From a virus (lineage: Duplodnaviria; Caudoviricetes), in IMG/VR virus record IMGVR_UViG_3300025597_000009, positions 1 to 64,000 of that record: 64,000 bases of DNA; one strand, written 5' to 3'. The notes beneath the pieces are model-generated. The model worked only from the letters and a program-made list of their open reading frames with translations. It was not told where the DNA came from and did not search any database. Below, piece after piece: positions 1 to 8,635 of this stretch (its first letter is position 1; each line of letters starts with the position of its first letter). Made by a program: the position numbers and the translations under genes.

Positions 1-2
1 CT

Positions 3-191
3 GCAATTGGTAAAACACTGTATATCCGAGCACAGCAAGGAGGATCAGGAAGCTATACGATTACCTTCCCAGGTGCTGTAACCTTTGGTAGTACACCAAG
101 CTGGAACACCACTGTAGGCAAGATCAACACCTTCGCTATGGTTGCTTACTCCAGCACAGTGATTGAAGCTAACTCAACCAAGTATCCATAA
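3..191 (+). CDS. 3' end of tail fibre/tail-spike-like protein (truncated by window edge)
   Basis: Open frame from nt 3: AIGKTLYIRAQQGGSGSYTITFPGAVTFGSTPSWNTTVGKINTFAMVAYSSTVIEANSTKYP*. The QQxxSGSxTITFP motif is typical of phage tail-fibre C-terminal domains. Confidence 0.55.
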   Translation, partial: AIGKTLYIRAQQGGSGSYTITFPGAVTFGSTPSWNTTVGKINTFAMVAYSSTVIEANSTKYP

Positions 192-193
192 TT

Positions 194-493
194 ATGATTG
201 CTGTAACAAAAGAAATGATGTCTCCTACAGAGCTATTATTGGGACCAATTAGTGCACTTCCTTCCAATGCTCCTGTAGGAGCATGGATTACCGTGTATTT
301 CTATAATCATACCGATACTAAACAGGTACAACTGGAATGGTCTCAAAACCAGGTTAGTTGGTCTACTGCTACAATTCCCAATCAGTTTTCCTATTACATC
401 CAAGGTTTAGTGGAGAATCAAACCTACTATATCCGAGCAAAATATGTGGGTACATCCACCTATACAAGTACAATATCTTCAATAGCAACCTAA
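194..493 (+). CDS. Fibronectin type III-like virion accessory protein
   Basis: Beta-rich, with FN3-like C-terminal signature IQGLVENQTYYIRAKY. Confidence 0.5.
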   Translation: MIAVTKEMMSPTELLLGPISALPSNAPVGAWITVYFYNHTDTKQVQLEWSQNQVSWSTATIPNQFSYYIQGLVENQTYYIRAKYVGTSTYTSTISSIAT

Positions 494-539
494 CTCAACT
501 AAGTACCCATAATTTTTTACTATTAAATTATATAACACA

Positions 540-992
540 ATGAATATTGAACTAAATATAACATCGACAAGAATTATTAATGAAGAAGAAGGTTATGTTT
601 TAACAGAACAAGATGCATTAGACTTACAAACTGAATATCAACGAATTTGTGCTTTTTGGTCAAAACTAACCCAAGATGAAATAGATGCCTTAGTAGCAGA
701 CAACACAGTAACTACACAAATTGAAACAAATAATAATCAAGCTGCTAGAGGTGCTTATTACACAGGTAGATCTGAATTCAGACAAGTATATGTACACACA
801 CTAACGGATCAAGTTTTAATTCTACCAGATGGGTCTACTGCTATAGGCCATGATTGGATTACCATTGAACCTAGTGCTAGTGAAGTATATAATATGCTGG
901 CTTATGGGTTAAATCAATCAGTAGCTGCGCAAACAGCTATTGTTACTGTTAATGGGGGAACATTTCCAGAAGTTTTAGCACCTAAAGTTTAA
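540..992 (+). CDS. Hypothetical protein, possibly tail fibre assembly
   Basis: 150 aa acidic ORF in tail-gene context. Confidence 0.45.
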   Translation: MNIELNITSTRIINEEEGYVLTEQDALDLQTEYQRICAFWSKLTQDEIDALVADNTVTTQIETNNNQAARGAYYTGRSEFRQVYVHTLTDQVLILPDGSTAIGHDWITIEPSASEVYNMLAYGLNQSVAAQTAIVTVNGGTFPEVLAPKV

Positions 993-1005
993 TACTTTCT
1001 AAATC

Positions 1006-1440
1006 ATGGTAACTGTACCCTTTAATGCAACTAGATGCCAACGGCATTTACCTGTAGATATTTGGGGAGGGTTAGAAAAAAGGGATCAGTTTATTCTCCT
1101 GGATGATTTAGAAGTAGAATTACCAGATCAAAGATGGATTATTATTCCTAAAGGATTTGTATCGGATGGGGCTAGTATTCCTCCTTTACTTTGGAGCATC
1201 CTCCCATTTTTTGACAATCGAATTGAAATTGTTTGGGTGCTACATGATTATTTGTATATCCACTGGGAAAAAACACAAATTATAACAACTAACCCAAGAC
1301 TTTATGCAGATAAAGTAATGTATACAATGAGCAAACAATATGATCCTGCTAAATTATTCAGGCATAAACTTTATTACATGGGAGTACGATTAGGAGGGAA
1401 AGCCAACTGGGAAAAATTTCGAAAAATAGCACAACTATAA
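1006..1440 (+). CDS. DUF1353 family protein
   Basis: IPKGFVSDGASIP, VLHDYLY, ADKVM and YMGVRLGG motifs. Confidence 0.85.
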   Translation: MVTVPFNATRCQRHLPVDIWGGLEKRDQFILLDDLEVELPDQRWIIIPKGFVSDGASIPPLLWSILPFFDNRIEIVWVLHDYLYIHWEKTQIITTNPRLYADKVMYTMSKQYDPAKLFRHKLYYMGVRLGGKANWEKFRKIAQL

Positions 1441-1447
1441 CATCAAT

Positions 1448-1759
1448 ATGATTCACATACAGAAAGAAATGATGCAAATAGCCTTTGTTCCTACAGCAAA
1501 TATTGATTCAATGAATGTATATGGTTGGGCTCCAGGTTCTGGATCACGATCTGTTAGTTTTTCTAATACGTCAACAGGAAATGCAAATCAGTATGAGCAT
1601 GTTATTAATGGAACTAGTTATGGAGTTAAATCAGGTTCTGGTGGGGTAACAACTATAACACTTAATGTGCCTAGTAGTTTTACTTTTGTAGCAAGAGTAT
1701 TTTATAATGGTACACTATTACAAAGTAAAACATATAGTGGTAATTTAACTCCCTATTAG
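1448..1759 (+). CDS. Hypothetical beta-rich virion-associated protein
   Basis: 103 aa Ser/Thr/Gly-rich ORF closing the + strand block. Confidence 0.5.
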   Translation: MIHIQKEMMQIAFVPTANIDSMNVYGWAPGSGSRSVSFSNTSTGNANQYEHVINGTSYGVKSGSGGVTTITLNVPSSFTFVARVFYNGTLLQSKTYSGNLTPY

Positions 1760-1820
1760 ACAGACCGTTACTCTAATAACCAAAACTAATTAGTTAGAAG
1801 ACCTTTATAGTTTCTTATTG

Positions 1821-1828
1821 TAGCTTTG
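1821..1828 (+). promoter_or_regulatory. Bacteroidota-type -7 promoter element
   Basis: TAGCTTTG matches TAnnTTTG; intergenic, upstream of ORF 1918. Confidence 0.45.
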
Positions 1829-1917
1829 ATTAGTAATCACCTACCTCACTCCCCAACCAAACAATCGAGTTTGAGTCTGTAGGTGGTTACCTCTTTTATT
1901 CTGGTTTACTTAACATT

Positions 1918-2193
1918 ATGGAAAAAACAATTGACTATTCAGAATTTAGACAGTCCTTAGAGTGGAACCCACAAGATGACTTTTTGATAAAAGGATACGA
2001 ACTTCAAACCTTAGTTGATATAGCTAATTTATTCAGACCCTTTATACAATCTGTAGATAGTGTAGTCCAAAAAAGTGTAGTAGATGGTAAAATTACAGCT
2101 ATCTTTTATGATAAAGATGGCAATAAGATTGACCCTGAACAAACACAAGCGTTGCTTAACCTAGTTAAAGAGCAGCTAGGACAACGAACCTAA
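1918..2193 (+). CDS. Hypothetical protein
   Basis: 91 aa ORF with its own putative promoter. Confidence 0.6.
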   Translation: MEKTIDYSEFRQSLEWNPQDDFLIKGYELQTLVDIANLFRPFIQSVDSVVQKSVVDGKITAIFYDKDGNKIDPEQTQALLNLVKEQLGQRT

Positions 2194-2248
2194 ATAAAAA
2201 AAAGTGTAGGGGAAGGTTTGTAATTAGGCCTTCCCTTTTTTATACTTA
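2194..2248. terminator. Bidirectional intrinsic terminator at the strand switch
   Basis: A-run, then GGGAAGGTTT-gtaatt-AGGCCTTCCC hairpin, then T-run, between convergent genes. Confidence 0.6.
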
Positions 2249-2514
2249 CCAAGTAGTTCAATAAGATCAATATCCAATACCTCAATAACTGTAGTACTTT
2301 GTTTGTTTAGGAACTCAGTAGACAGTTCTGTTTTTAGTTGATAAGCTTTTGTTCTACAAGTAAAGAAACTTCGGTTAAACGTTGTACTTACTCTTTCTAC
2401 AGCTTTGGCATCAATTTTAAATACTTGAGTTGAATCTTGATAAATGCATTGCTTTAGGGCATGCAACTCCTCCTGAGAGAATGGATTGTGTTTAGGTCCA
2501 ATCTTACGTGTCAT
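2224..2514 (-). CDS. Myb/SANT-like HTH protein (paralog of 2619..2981)
   Basis: FSQEELHALKQCI...VSTTFNRSFFTCRTKAYQL pattern. Confidence 0.55.
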   Translation of the reverse strand: MTRKIGPKHNPFSQEELHALKQCIYQDSTQVFKIDAKAVERVSTTFNRSFFTCRTKAYQLKTELSTEFLNKQSTTVIEVLDIDLIELLGKYKKGKA

Positions 2515-2544
2515 ACTGTTGAGCTTCTAGGCAGTTGTAGACTA

Positions 2545-2552
2545 CAAAGCTA
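2545..2552 (-). promoter_or_regulatory. Bacteroidota-type -7 promoter element
   Basis: TAGCTTTG on the minus strand, ~30 nt upstream of the ATG at 2514. Confidence 0.4.
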
Positions 2553-2618
2553 ATCAATAAGCATGAACATGGTATATTAAAAACACAACCATACTCATAC
2601 TTATTGATTATCAACAGA

Positions 2619-2981
2619 TTACACAGCAATCAAACTACTAGCATCTACTGAGATTATCAAGTTCCCTTCTTTAATTTCCAATTTCTCTATGGGTAAGTGA
2701 AACTGCAAGGGCTTGACAGATGGCTGTATCTGGGGTACTATTGGTAACTGTTGACCTTCAAGTTTGACTCTAAGCTTATCTGCTTTAATTCTACACCCAT
2801 TAAAACTCCTGTTTAGTTTAAGGGCAACATTTTTAACTAGATCCTGCTTAACAGATAACTGACCAATAGAATTTCTTACAATACATTTTTGAAGTTCATT
2901 CACTTCTGCTTTAGACCAATAGTTCCGATTCAGTGTTTTAGTACTCATGGTTGATTTTTTAAAGAAAATAATCTCTTTCAT
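2619..2981 (-). CDS. Myb/SANT-like HTH protein
   Basis: WSKAEVNELQKCI...VALKLNRSFNGCRIKADKL; likely starts at the second Met (MSTK). Confidence 0.55.
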   Translation of the reverse strand: MKEIIFFKKSTMSTKTLNRNYWSKAEVNELQKCIVRNSIGQLSVKQDLVKNVALKLNRSFNGCRIKADKLRVKLEGQQLPIVPQIQPSVKPLQFHLPIEKLEIKEGNLIISVDASSLIAV

Positions 2982-2987
2982 AGTAAA

Positions 2988-3014
2988 TAAAAAACCCAGG
3001 TTATTAGCCTGGGT
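2988..3014 (-). terminator. Intrinsic terminator
   Basis: ACCCAGG-ctaataa-CCTGGGT followed by a U-run on the minus strand. Confidence 0.55.
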
Positions 3015-3049
3015 ATATACATAAACTTAAGTAGTTGCTTTAATAAGCG

Positions 3050-3253
3050 TTACATTGTTGTTAGTTGCTGGGCTGGTTTCAAAAATAGAATACCATTATC
3101 CCAATCAATTCCAGGAATAACCGCATCCACTTCTACATGAGGTTTAGCTCTGGCAAAGAAAGGTTTATCTGCTTTTTCAACTGGGATAGCTACTTTGAAC
3201 TTTCGATCAGTAGGAAGTTTTTGTAGGGCTTCAATAAGCTCTAGATGATCCAT
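3050..3253 (-). CDS. Hypothetical protein
   Basis: Co-oriented, tightly packed ORF. Confidence 0.6.
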   Translation of the reverse strand: MDHLELIEALQKLPTDRKFKVAIPVEKADKPFFARAKPHVEVDAVIPGIDWDNGILFLKPAQQLTTM

Positions 3254-3265
3254 ATTAGATTTAGT

Positions 3266-3493
3266 TTAGTAATGTTTATCACCAGGTAAAGCACCAATTC
3301 TAGGATTGCTTCCATACTTGGTAGTTTCTCTTAAAACCCTAAGCAATTTGACTTCTACAGTTCTGTACTGTGCTGCTTTTTCATAATCTCGTTCTTTCAC
3401 AAAATCTCTTTTATAAGCTGTAGCTTTTAGCAACTCAATAAGTACATCTTGATCAGAATACTCAGGGTCAGCGTTAACTATTTTTACTTCCAT
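3266..3493 (-). CDS. Small protein with UvrB/UvrC (UVR) motif
   Basis: KRDFVKERDYEKAAQYRTVE resembles the UVR coiled-coil motif. Confidence 0.5.
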   Translation of the reverse strand: MEVKIVNADPEYSDQDVLIELLKATAYKRDFVKERDYEKAAQYRTVEVKLLRVLRETTKYGSNPRIGALPGDKHY

Positions 3494-3738
3494 TAGAATT
3501 CATGAAAGGATCTTTCACCTTGCCGATAATAAGTACCACCAATAAATGTGTAGTCTAGCTTACTATTTTCAAACCAAAAATGGATATAATGTCTCCGACT
3601 ATTTGGTTTAAACCATTTGCAATTTGACCTTGCTTGCCACACCTTGATTACTAGATAATCATCATCGGGAGTTCTTATCCTTTCAAAACTAATTCCATTA
3701 CTATCCAGGTAGGCAATCAGCTTCTCTAAATCGGTCAT
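3493..3738 (-). CDS. Hypothetical protein
   Basis: Stop/start overlap with neighbour. Confidence 0.6.
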   Translation of the reverse strand: MTDLEKLIAYLDSNGISFERIRTPDDDYLVIKVWQARSNCKWFKPNSRRHYIHFWFENSKLDYTFIGGTYYRQGERSFHEF

Positions 3739-3739
3739 A

Positions 3740-5131
3740 TCATATTGTACTGGCAGCAGTTTCCAAGTCCACTACTTCCTTGTCTAACTGCTTAGATTCC
3801 CATTCCAGGAACTTAAAGCTCTTCATCTTGTAGATGTTACAAATACCTGCTATATCCTGTCTGATACAGATTCCTTCATCAGGAAGGCCATCTGCCAGTT
3901 CATATTCTAGGTATTTGTCACATAGAGCTACACCAAAGTTAGCAGCCCAATCAGCATTGATTTTTAGTTCAGGAAATAAATCCTTAACCAGCCCTGAATA
4001 CAGCTCAGGTACAGTAAGTAGCCTATTAGCTTCACAGAAAGCTTTTACCTGTTCCCAGCTGTATTCCACTACTAATCCATCTGGACTAGTCATAGTAATT
4101 CGGTAAACAACAAAAACACACTCAAAAGGTTTCATGCCATACGTGTAAGGTTCAGCAATGTGATTACCTGCTGGAGTGTAACCTAAAACCTCCCCATAAA
4201 TAGAAATACCAGGAGTTAATACTGACTTATATTCCTCGAACACTGACCCATATACGTTGTCATTTTGAGCACCCAAATATTGATTGTCATAATCATTAAG
4301 TACTTTTCGTCGAGAAGCATACATTTTCTTATACCTAACATTAGATATTCTTGCTAGATCAAGGTTATCAAGAAGTTTTTCAAACCAGGAGAGCTTCCGG
4401 TCACACAGCAAATTTGATAGAATGACACTGGTGCCATGCAATTTCTGTGTAATAGTGATAAAACTGTTGGGTCCAAGCTCATTGATCCTACTTCCCAAGA
4501 ATGGTGTATTGAAGTGGAATCTGAATTGGTCAGGTAAGAGCAAAGAGTTACTGTCTGTTGTTCTGATGGTTCTTTCTGGTGCTGGCTTAACTGGTTTATC
4601 GCGTGTTCTAGGGACATACTTGGTACAAATCTCAGTGTTGACAATACAATCAAACTCCAGCCCATTCCATTCTTTCTTCAGTTGTTTAGCATTGTCAGCC
4701 ATTTCCAGATGATATTTTTCCAATTGCAACTCATTCAAGGTTACAGCAAGTACATCATCTAGTTTAACTAAGAAACCATAGCTAGGCTGTTGTCTAATCT
4801 TCAATGCTTTGACTCTACCCGTATGTTCAAAGAAACCAGTCTTAGAGCTATCAGCATTCAGTGTAGAGTCTTTAAACAGGTTTAGCTCACCTAGTAAGTC
4901 TTTATCAATTTGGCTTTCTAGGGGAAAGTAAACCATCAAGTCTCCTTTCTTGGCATAGTCTTTAGTTAACCAAACTGGTTGGTTATTGACTAGCCAGCCT
5001 TTAAGGTTCTTAGCTGATGGATGCGTTATAAACTGATCCAATGCAATCACCTTAGCCACATAGTTAGGACTATAGGTGTCACTCAACGAAAACAGATTAG
5101 TTATCATTTGTTTTACTGTAAAAATTTGCAA
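3740..5131 (-). CDS. ATP-dependent RNA ligase (DRB0094/Rnl5-like, with N-terminal OB fold)
   Basis: Motif I TQKLHGTS, IYGEVLG, FVVYRI, DEGICIR, IYKMKS. N-terminal HPSAKNL...GDLMVYFPLES...RVKALKIR...SYGFLV. Confidence 0.85.
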   Translation of the reverse strand: MQIFTVKQMITNLFSLSDTYSPNYVAKVIALDQFITHPSAKNLKGWLVNNQPVWLTKDYAKKGDLMVYFPLESQIDKDLLGELNLFKDSTLNADSSKTGFFEHTGRVKALKIRQQPSYGFLVKLDDVLAVTLNELQLEKYHLEMADNAKQLKKEWNGLEFDCIVNTEICTKYVPRTRDKPVKPAPERTIRTTDSNSLLLPDQFRFHFNTPFLGSRINELGPNSFITITQKLHGTSVILSNLLCDRKLSWFEKLLDNLDLARISNVRYKKMYASRRKVLNDYDNQYLGAQNDNVYGSVFEEYKSVLTPGISIYGEVLGYTPAGNHIAEPYTYGMKPFECVFVVYRITMTSPDGLVVEYSWEQVKAFCEANRLLTVPELYSGLVKDLFPELKINADWAANFGVALCDKYLEYELADGLPDEGICIRQDIAGICNIYKMKSFKFLEWESKQLDKEVVDLETAASTI

Positions 5132-5481
5132 TACCTAAAAACAGCTTTGGTAAGCCTTTCAAGCGTGATTCCTGGCATCTCACTGGATTCATATAGGTTA
5201 GTTGAGTGTTTGTTTACACGTATATAGCCAGCAGGGTTACCACATTTGTACACATGCTCTGATAATGGTAGTTTATTACCAGAAAGCTTATCAAAATCAA
5301 AGCCCCAACCAATAGAGAATGGATAGTTGTTATCAGTTGGGACACCTACCATTAATACTGGAGGATTCAACTTAAATTTCACTTGGTTAGCCTCTAAGAA
5401 ATACCATTTACGAACTATTTGTTCACTAAATTCAAAACCTAGAGACTCAATAAATGCTACTAGTACTTGTTTATTATCCAT
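5113..5481 (-). CDS. Small 'LGF' paralog family protein
   Basis: N-terminus MDNKQVLVAFIESLGF. Confidence 0.6.
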   Translation of the reverse strand: MDNKQVLVAFIESLGFEFSEQIVRKWYFLEANQVKFKLNPPVLMVGVPTDNNYPFSIGWGFDFDKLSGNKLPLSEHVYKCGNPAGYIRVNKHSTNLYESSEMPGITLERLTKAVFRYCKFLQ

Positions 5482-5486
5482 AGGAA

Positions 5487-5780
5487 TCAGATTAGTTTTT
5501 TATTGGTTACCATCATTAATAAGCCATTAAGTAGCTTAGTTGGGTCTTCATACAAACCTCCATATTCACAGCCATCTATAGTCCTCATATCTAGTCTGTA
5601 AAGTTGAAGTAAACTAGCTGGAGTAGGTAGTCTTATCTCAACATACTTGGTATCAACTAATGAAATGAATTTGTATTGATTAGGGTTAGTTAATCGCCAA
5701 TACGCATAGAAAGTTGTGTTGTGGTTAATTAGCTCAAAGCCTAATTGCGTTAGTGCATCAATTAATTGCTCTCTTTCCAT
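5487..5780 (-). CDS. Small 'LGF' paralog family protein
   Basis: MEREQLIDALTQLGF. Confidence 0.6.
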   Translation of the reverse strand: MEREQLIDALTQLGFELINHNTTFYAYWRLTNPNQYKFISLVDTKYVEIRLPTPASLLQLYRLDMRTIDGCEYGGLYEDPTKLLNGLLMMVTNKKLI

Positions 5781-6069
5781 GCTCTAGTAATTCAATTACC
5801 CTAGTGAGGAGATTACTATAATTACCTGGCTCAAACATTTCATGTTTATAACCAGTTTTACTATTTACTTCTTTAAAGTATAGACTAAGTGTAAGTTTCT
5901 GTTCCTTTTCAGAAATAGGCACCTTAATAAAAGCATCTTTAATAGTTTGGTTTGTTGACCACTTCATCTCTATTACTTCCAAATCAAACCATTCTACAAC
6001 GTCATAAAACTTACAATCTTTCACAAAGCCATATTGGAGTAATTTATCTATTAACACTTCTCTTGTCAT
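5758..6069 (-). CDS. Small 'LGF' paralog family protein
   Basis: MTREVLIDKLLQYGF. Confidence 0.6.
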   Translation of the reverse strand: MTREVLIDKLLQYGFVKDCKFYDVVEWFDLEVIEMKWSTNQTIKDAFIKVPISEKEQKLTLSLYFKEVNSKTGYKHEMFEPGNYSNLLTRVIELLEHGKRAIN

Positions 6070-6355
6070 GTCTTACTAATTTAAAAAGGGCAGGTAATAC
6101 TTTTTCATAAGCACCAATTCCTAACGTTAATTGCTTGTACCTGCCAGGATCATTACTTGTAAGATAATAGATAATAAGTGACTCAGTTTTCTCAAAAGTT
6201 TTAGTGGGTATTCTAATTTCAATATGAGTTACCCAGTGGCTATTCATCCATTTTGCATTGACTTCTTCCAGAACAAGCCAATCAGCTAATGTACTTGGCT
6301 GATCTTGTTTAAGTCCAAGTTGTGTCAACTGAAAAATCAAGTTTGATCTAAGCAT
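6044..6355 (-). CDS. Small 'LGF' paralog family protein
   Basis: MLRSNLIFQLTQLGL. Confidence 0.6.
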   Translation of the reverse strand: MLRSNLIFQLTQLGLKQDQPSTLADWLVLEEVNAKWMNSHWVTHIEIRIPTKTFEKTESLIIYYLTSNDPGRYKQLTLGIGAYEKVLPALFKLVRHDKRSVNR

Positions 6356-6359
6356 GAGA

Positions 6360-6662
6360 TTAGTAAAACACTTTAAAATTTGAGATATTATTTTCAGTCA
6401 AAGCTTTTATTAACATACCAAAAGCTATTTCTGGCTTTTGTGTTGCAAACTTTAGTCCACCCTTACTACTGCCTCTAAAAAGATATACCTGAAATTCTTC
6501 TAAAGTTCTACTATATCTAAAAGATACTTCTTCAAAGTCTTTTAGGGTAGCCCATTTATGGTGTTGAGGATAAATACACCACCAAGTAGTGGTTAATTCT
6601 TCTTTGTGGAAGCCGAGTAATTGTAATTCTTTTTCGTAGGGATTTACTACTTGGTGGTGCAT
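6360..6662 (-). CDS. Small 'LGF' paralog family protein
   Basis: YEKELQLLGF...WW...KW. Confidence 0.55.
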   Translation of the reverse strand: MHHQVVNPYEKELQLLGFHKEELTTTWWCIYPQHHKWATLKDFEEVSFRYSRTLEEFQVYLFRGSSKGGLKFATQKPEIAFGMLIKALTENNISNFKVFY

Positions 6663-6665
6663 AGG

Positions 6666-6929
6666 TTATTTAGCTTTTCCAGCTTGTTGTTTTAGATTGT
6701 TAATGCCTACATTAAGGGTATGATTAGCTGCACTTAGTTTTTTATTCTTTTCCATAAGTGCATCATTCTGCTCTCTTAATGCCTGAACTTTTTTAGCTTT
6801 AGCTGAATTGTCTTCCTTTAATTTAGAGACTTCTTGTTCTAAACCTGTTACTTGCTTGAGCAAGAACTTATTGTGTTTAGTCATCAGCTTAAACTTGACT
6901 GGCAAGGGTAATTCGTGGAAGCTACTCAT
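6666..6929 (-). CDS. Coiled-coil protein
   Basis: Heptad repeats; LREQNDAL is shared with the neighbour. Confidence 0.55.
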   Translation of the reverse strand: MSSFHELPLPVKFKLMTKHNKFLLKQVTGLEQEVSKLKEDNSAKAKKVQALREQNDALMEKNKKLSAANHTLNVGINNLKQQAGKAK

Positions 6930-7144
6930 ACATCACAATGTTCTAATGATTCTAGCAAATGCTGCTGAAGTAGTGCATTTAATCCTTCAAGTGTTTTTAC
7001 TCTATCCTTTAGAGATCTAACCTGGGTAATAAGCTTTTCATTTTTAGTCTCTAAGGCTTTATTCTGCTCTCTTAGCTTACCTATTCTGGCTTCCTGCATT
7101 TCAATTAATTGCAGATTTTCCAGCACTGATTTGTGGTTAAACAT
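6926..7144 (-). CDS. Coiled-coil protein
   Basis: Heptad repeats; LREQNKAL. Confidence 0.55.
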   Translation of the reverse strand: MFNHKSVLENLQLIEMQEARIGKLREQNKALETKNEKLITQVRSLKDRVKTLEGLNALLQQHLLESLEHCDV

Positions 7145-7160
7145 AACGCTGGTCAGTGAG

Positions 7161-7403
7161 TTAGGTTTGCAAAATGGCTGTAGCCAATGAATCTAGATCT
7201 TTATCTGGCAACTTGTTGAACCAGTCAATAAATCCATTTTCTAAAGACTTGATAAGCATAGGCTTTGTTACTGCACCATATCTTAATTCTTCTAGTACAG
7301 ACAAAGCAACCCCCTTGTACTCAAAACCAGGAGCACCCTTGGCTATTAATCCCAAGGGGTCATGGTGATCCAGGAGATAGTTTAGTTTGTTGTAATCCAG
7401 CAT
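7161..7403 (-). CDS. DUF1871-like protein
   Basis: HDPLGLIAKGAPGFEY motif. Confidence 0.5.
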   Translation of the reverse strand: MLDYNKLNYLLDHHDPLGLIAKGAPGFEYKGVALSVLEELRYGAVTKPMLIKSLENGFIDWFNKLPDKDLDSLATAILQT

Positions 7404-7442
7404 ATTACACTTAGAAATCTATTACGTTTTCCATTTTCATTG

Positions 7443-7664
7443 TCAGGCAGTAACATCTTTTCCGGCAAGGATAGTATCCGGATCTACAACTTCTATATCA
7501 ATGTCAACATAAGTCATTGTAATTGTTTTAGTGTCCGCATTCTTAGCAGCCCACTCTAAAGCAGCATCCCAACCTGACTGATAAGAAAATCTGTTTTGAC
7601 TGGCACAAGCAGAAATACTGTTTTCACGTACATATTCTAATGCCAGCTTTTCTTTTAGCTTCAT
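7443..7664 (-). CDS. Hypothetical protein
   Basis: Packed co-oriented ORF; SYQSGWDAALEWA phage helix motif. Confidence 0.55.
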   Translation of the reverse strand: MKLKEKLALEYVRENSISACASQNRFSYQSGWDAALEWAAKNADTKTITMTYVDIDIEVVDPDTILAGKDVTA

Positions 7665-7972
7665 TGTTTGTTGTTTAGTAATTCATTTTTTATTAAAAAT
7701 TTTTTACACTCATCAATAGCATTCAATAAATCTTCATCAGTTTCAATGCTATCCTGAAACCACAGGAATCCTGTACAATTATCATCTGAATACCGATTAT
7801 TCCAGCAACTATACTGTTTTACTAAATATGAATGAGGTGAATCATGTTCTGCACCTACAACCTCATAACTTAGTAACAAAGAGGTTGGAGTATCATGTTC
7901 TAATTTAAAATCAAACCAAACTCCTTCAATTTGAACTTGAGGTGGTAATTCTTTTAGTTTTTCTACTATCAT
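7661..7972 (-). CDS. Hypothetical protein
   Basis: ATGA overlaps with both neighbours. Confidence 0.6.
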   Translation of the reverse strand: MIVEKLKELPPQVQIEGVWFDFKLEHDTPTSLLLSYEVVGAEHDSPHSYLVKQYSCWNNRYSDDNCTGFLWFQDSIETDEDLLNAIDECKKFLIKNELLNNKQ

Positions 7973-8307
7973 AACTCAATTCGGGGTAATGAAGATACAC
8001 TATAACCTTGAAGTTGATGTGTTAAACGAATAATTTCTGCAAATGCTCTTTGTTTAGCATCAAACATACCAAAAGGCCATGCTGAAATATCTCCATTTTG
8101 ATGGTTAATGTAAATTTTTTGAGAGTTATAAATAACATAATAACCCTCTAACTGCTTCTGTAGTATCTGAATACGTACATGATTTAGCTGATTTTCATTA
8201 TGTATTAACCCAATTGATTTACCTTCAGGTGTAAAGAGTTCTACAGTAGTTCCCCAAATATCTTGCGGAGGAATTACAACTCGATTTTCCATAGTTATAA
8301 AAAACAT
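7969..8307 (-). CDS. Hypothetical protein
   Basis: Packed co-oriented ORF. Confidence 0.6.
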   Translation of the reverse strand: MFFITMENRVVIPPQDIWGTTVELFTPEGKSIGLIHNENQLNHVRIQILQKQLEGYYVIYNSQKIYINHQNGDISAWPFGMFDAKQRAFAEIIRLTHQLQGYSVSSLPRIEL

Positions 8308-8347
8308 AGGTGGTTCGGATTACTCCTCCCCACCTTTATTATGTTAG

Positions 8348-8635
8348 TTAATCAAATACAGCCCGAATGTCATTGTCAAAAGGAGAATACTCAATCTGGT
8401 TAAAGGTGAAGTATTTCCCAGCAGTAAGCACCATGTTGCCATGCTTCTGATCTGTTTCATCTGGCCCATCATGCCTGACTACTCCAGTACCTTTTAAAAG
8501 CAGCTCAATAGCTCCTTCATGTTGTTGATAAGCAAAGTCCTTTGTACATTCCAGGGTATGGGAGTTCAATCCTTCTCCTTGAAGCAGGACTAGTTTTTTA
8601 GCTTTGTTCATTGGATAAATTAAGATTAAAAACAC
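8348..8635 (-). CDS. Small His-rich beta protein (likely start MNKAKK)
   Basis: LLQGEGLNSHTL, VRH, KHG and QIEYSP...RAVFD motifs of a phage family usually found next to DUF6745-like genes. Confidence 0.55.
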   Translation of the reverse strand: MFLILIYPMNKAKKLVLLQGEGLNSHTLECTKDFAYQQHEGAIELLLKGTGVVRHDGPDETDQKHGNMVLTAGKYFTFNQIEYSPFDNDIRAVFD

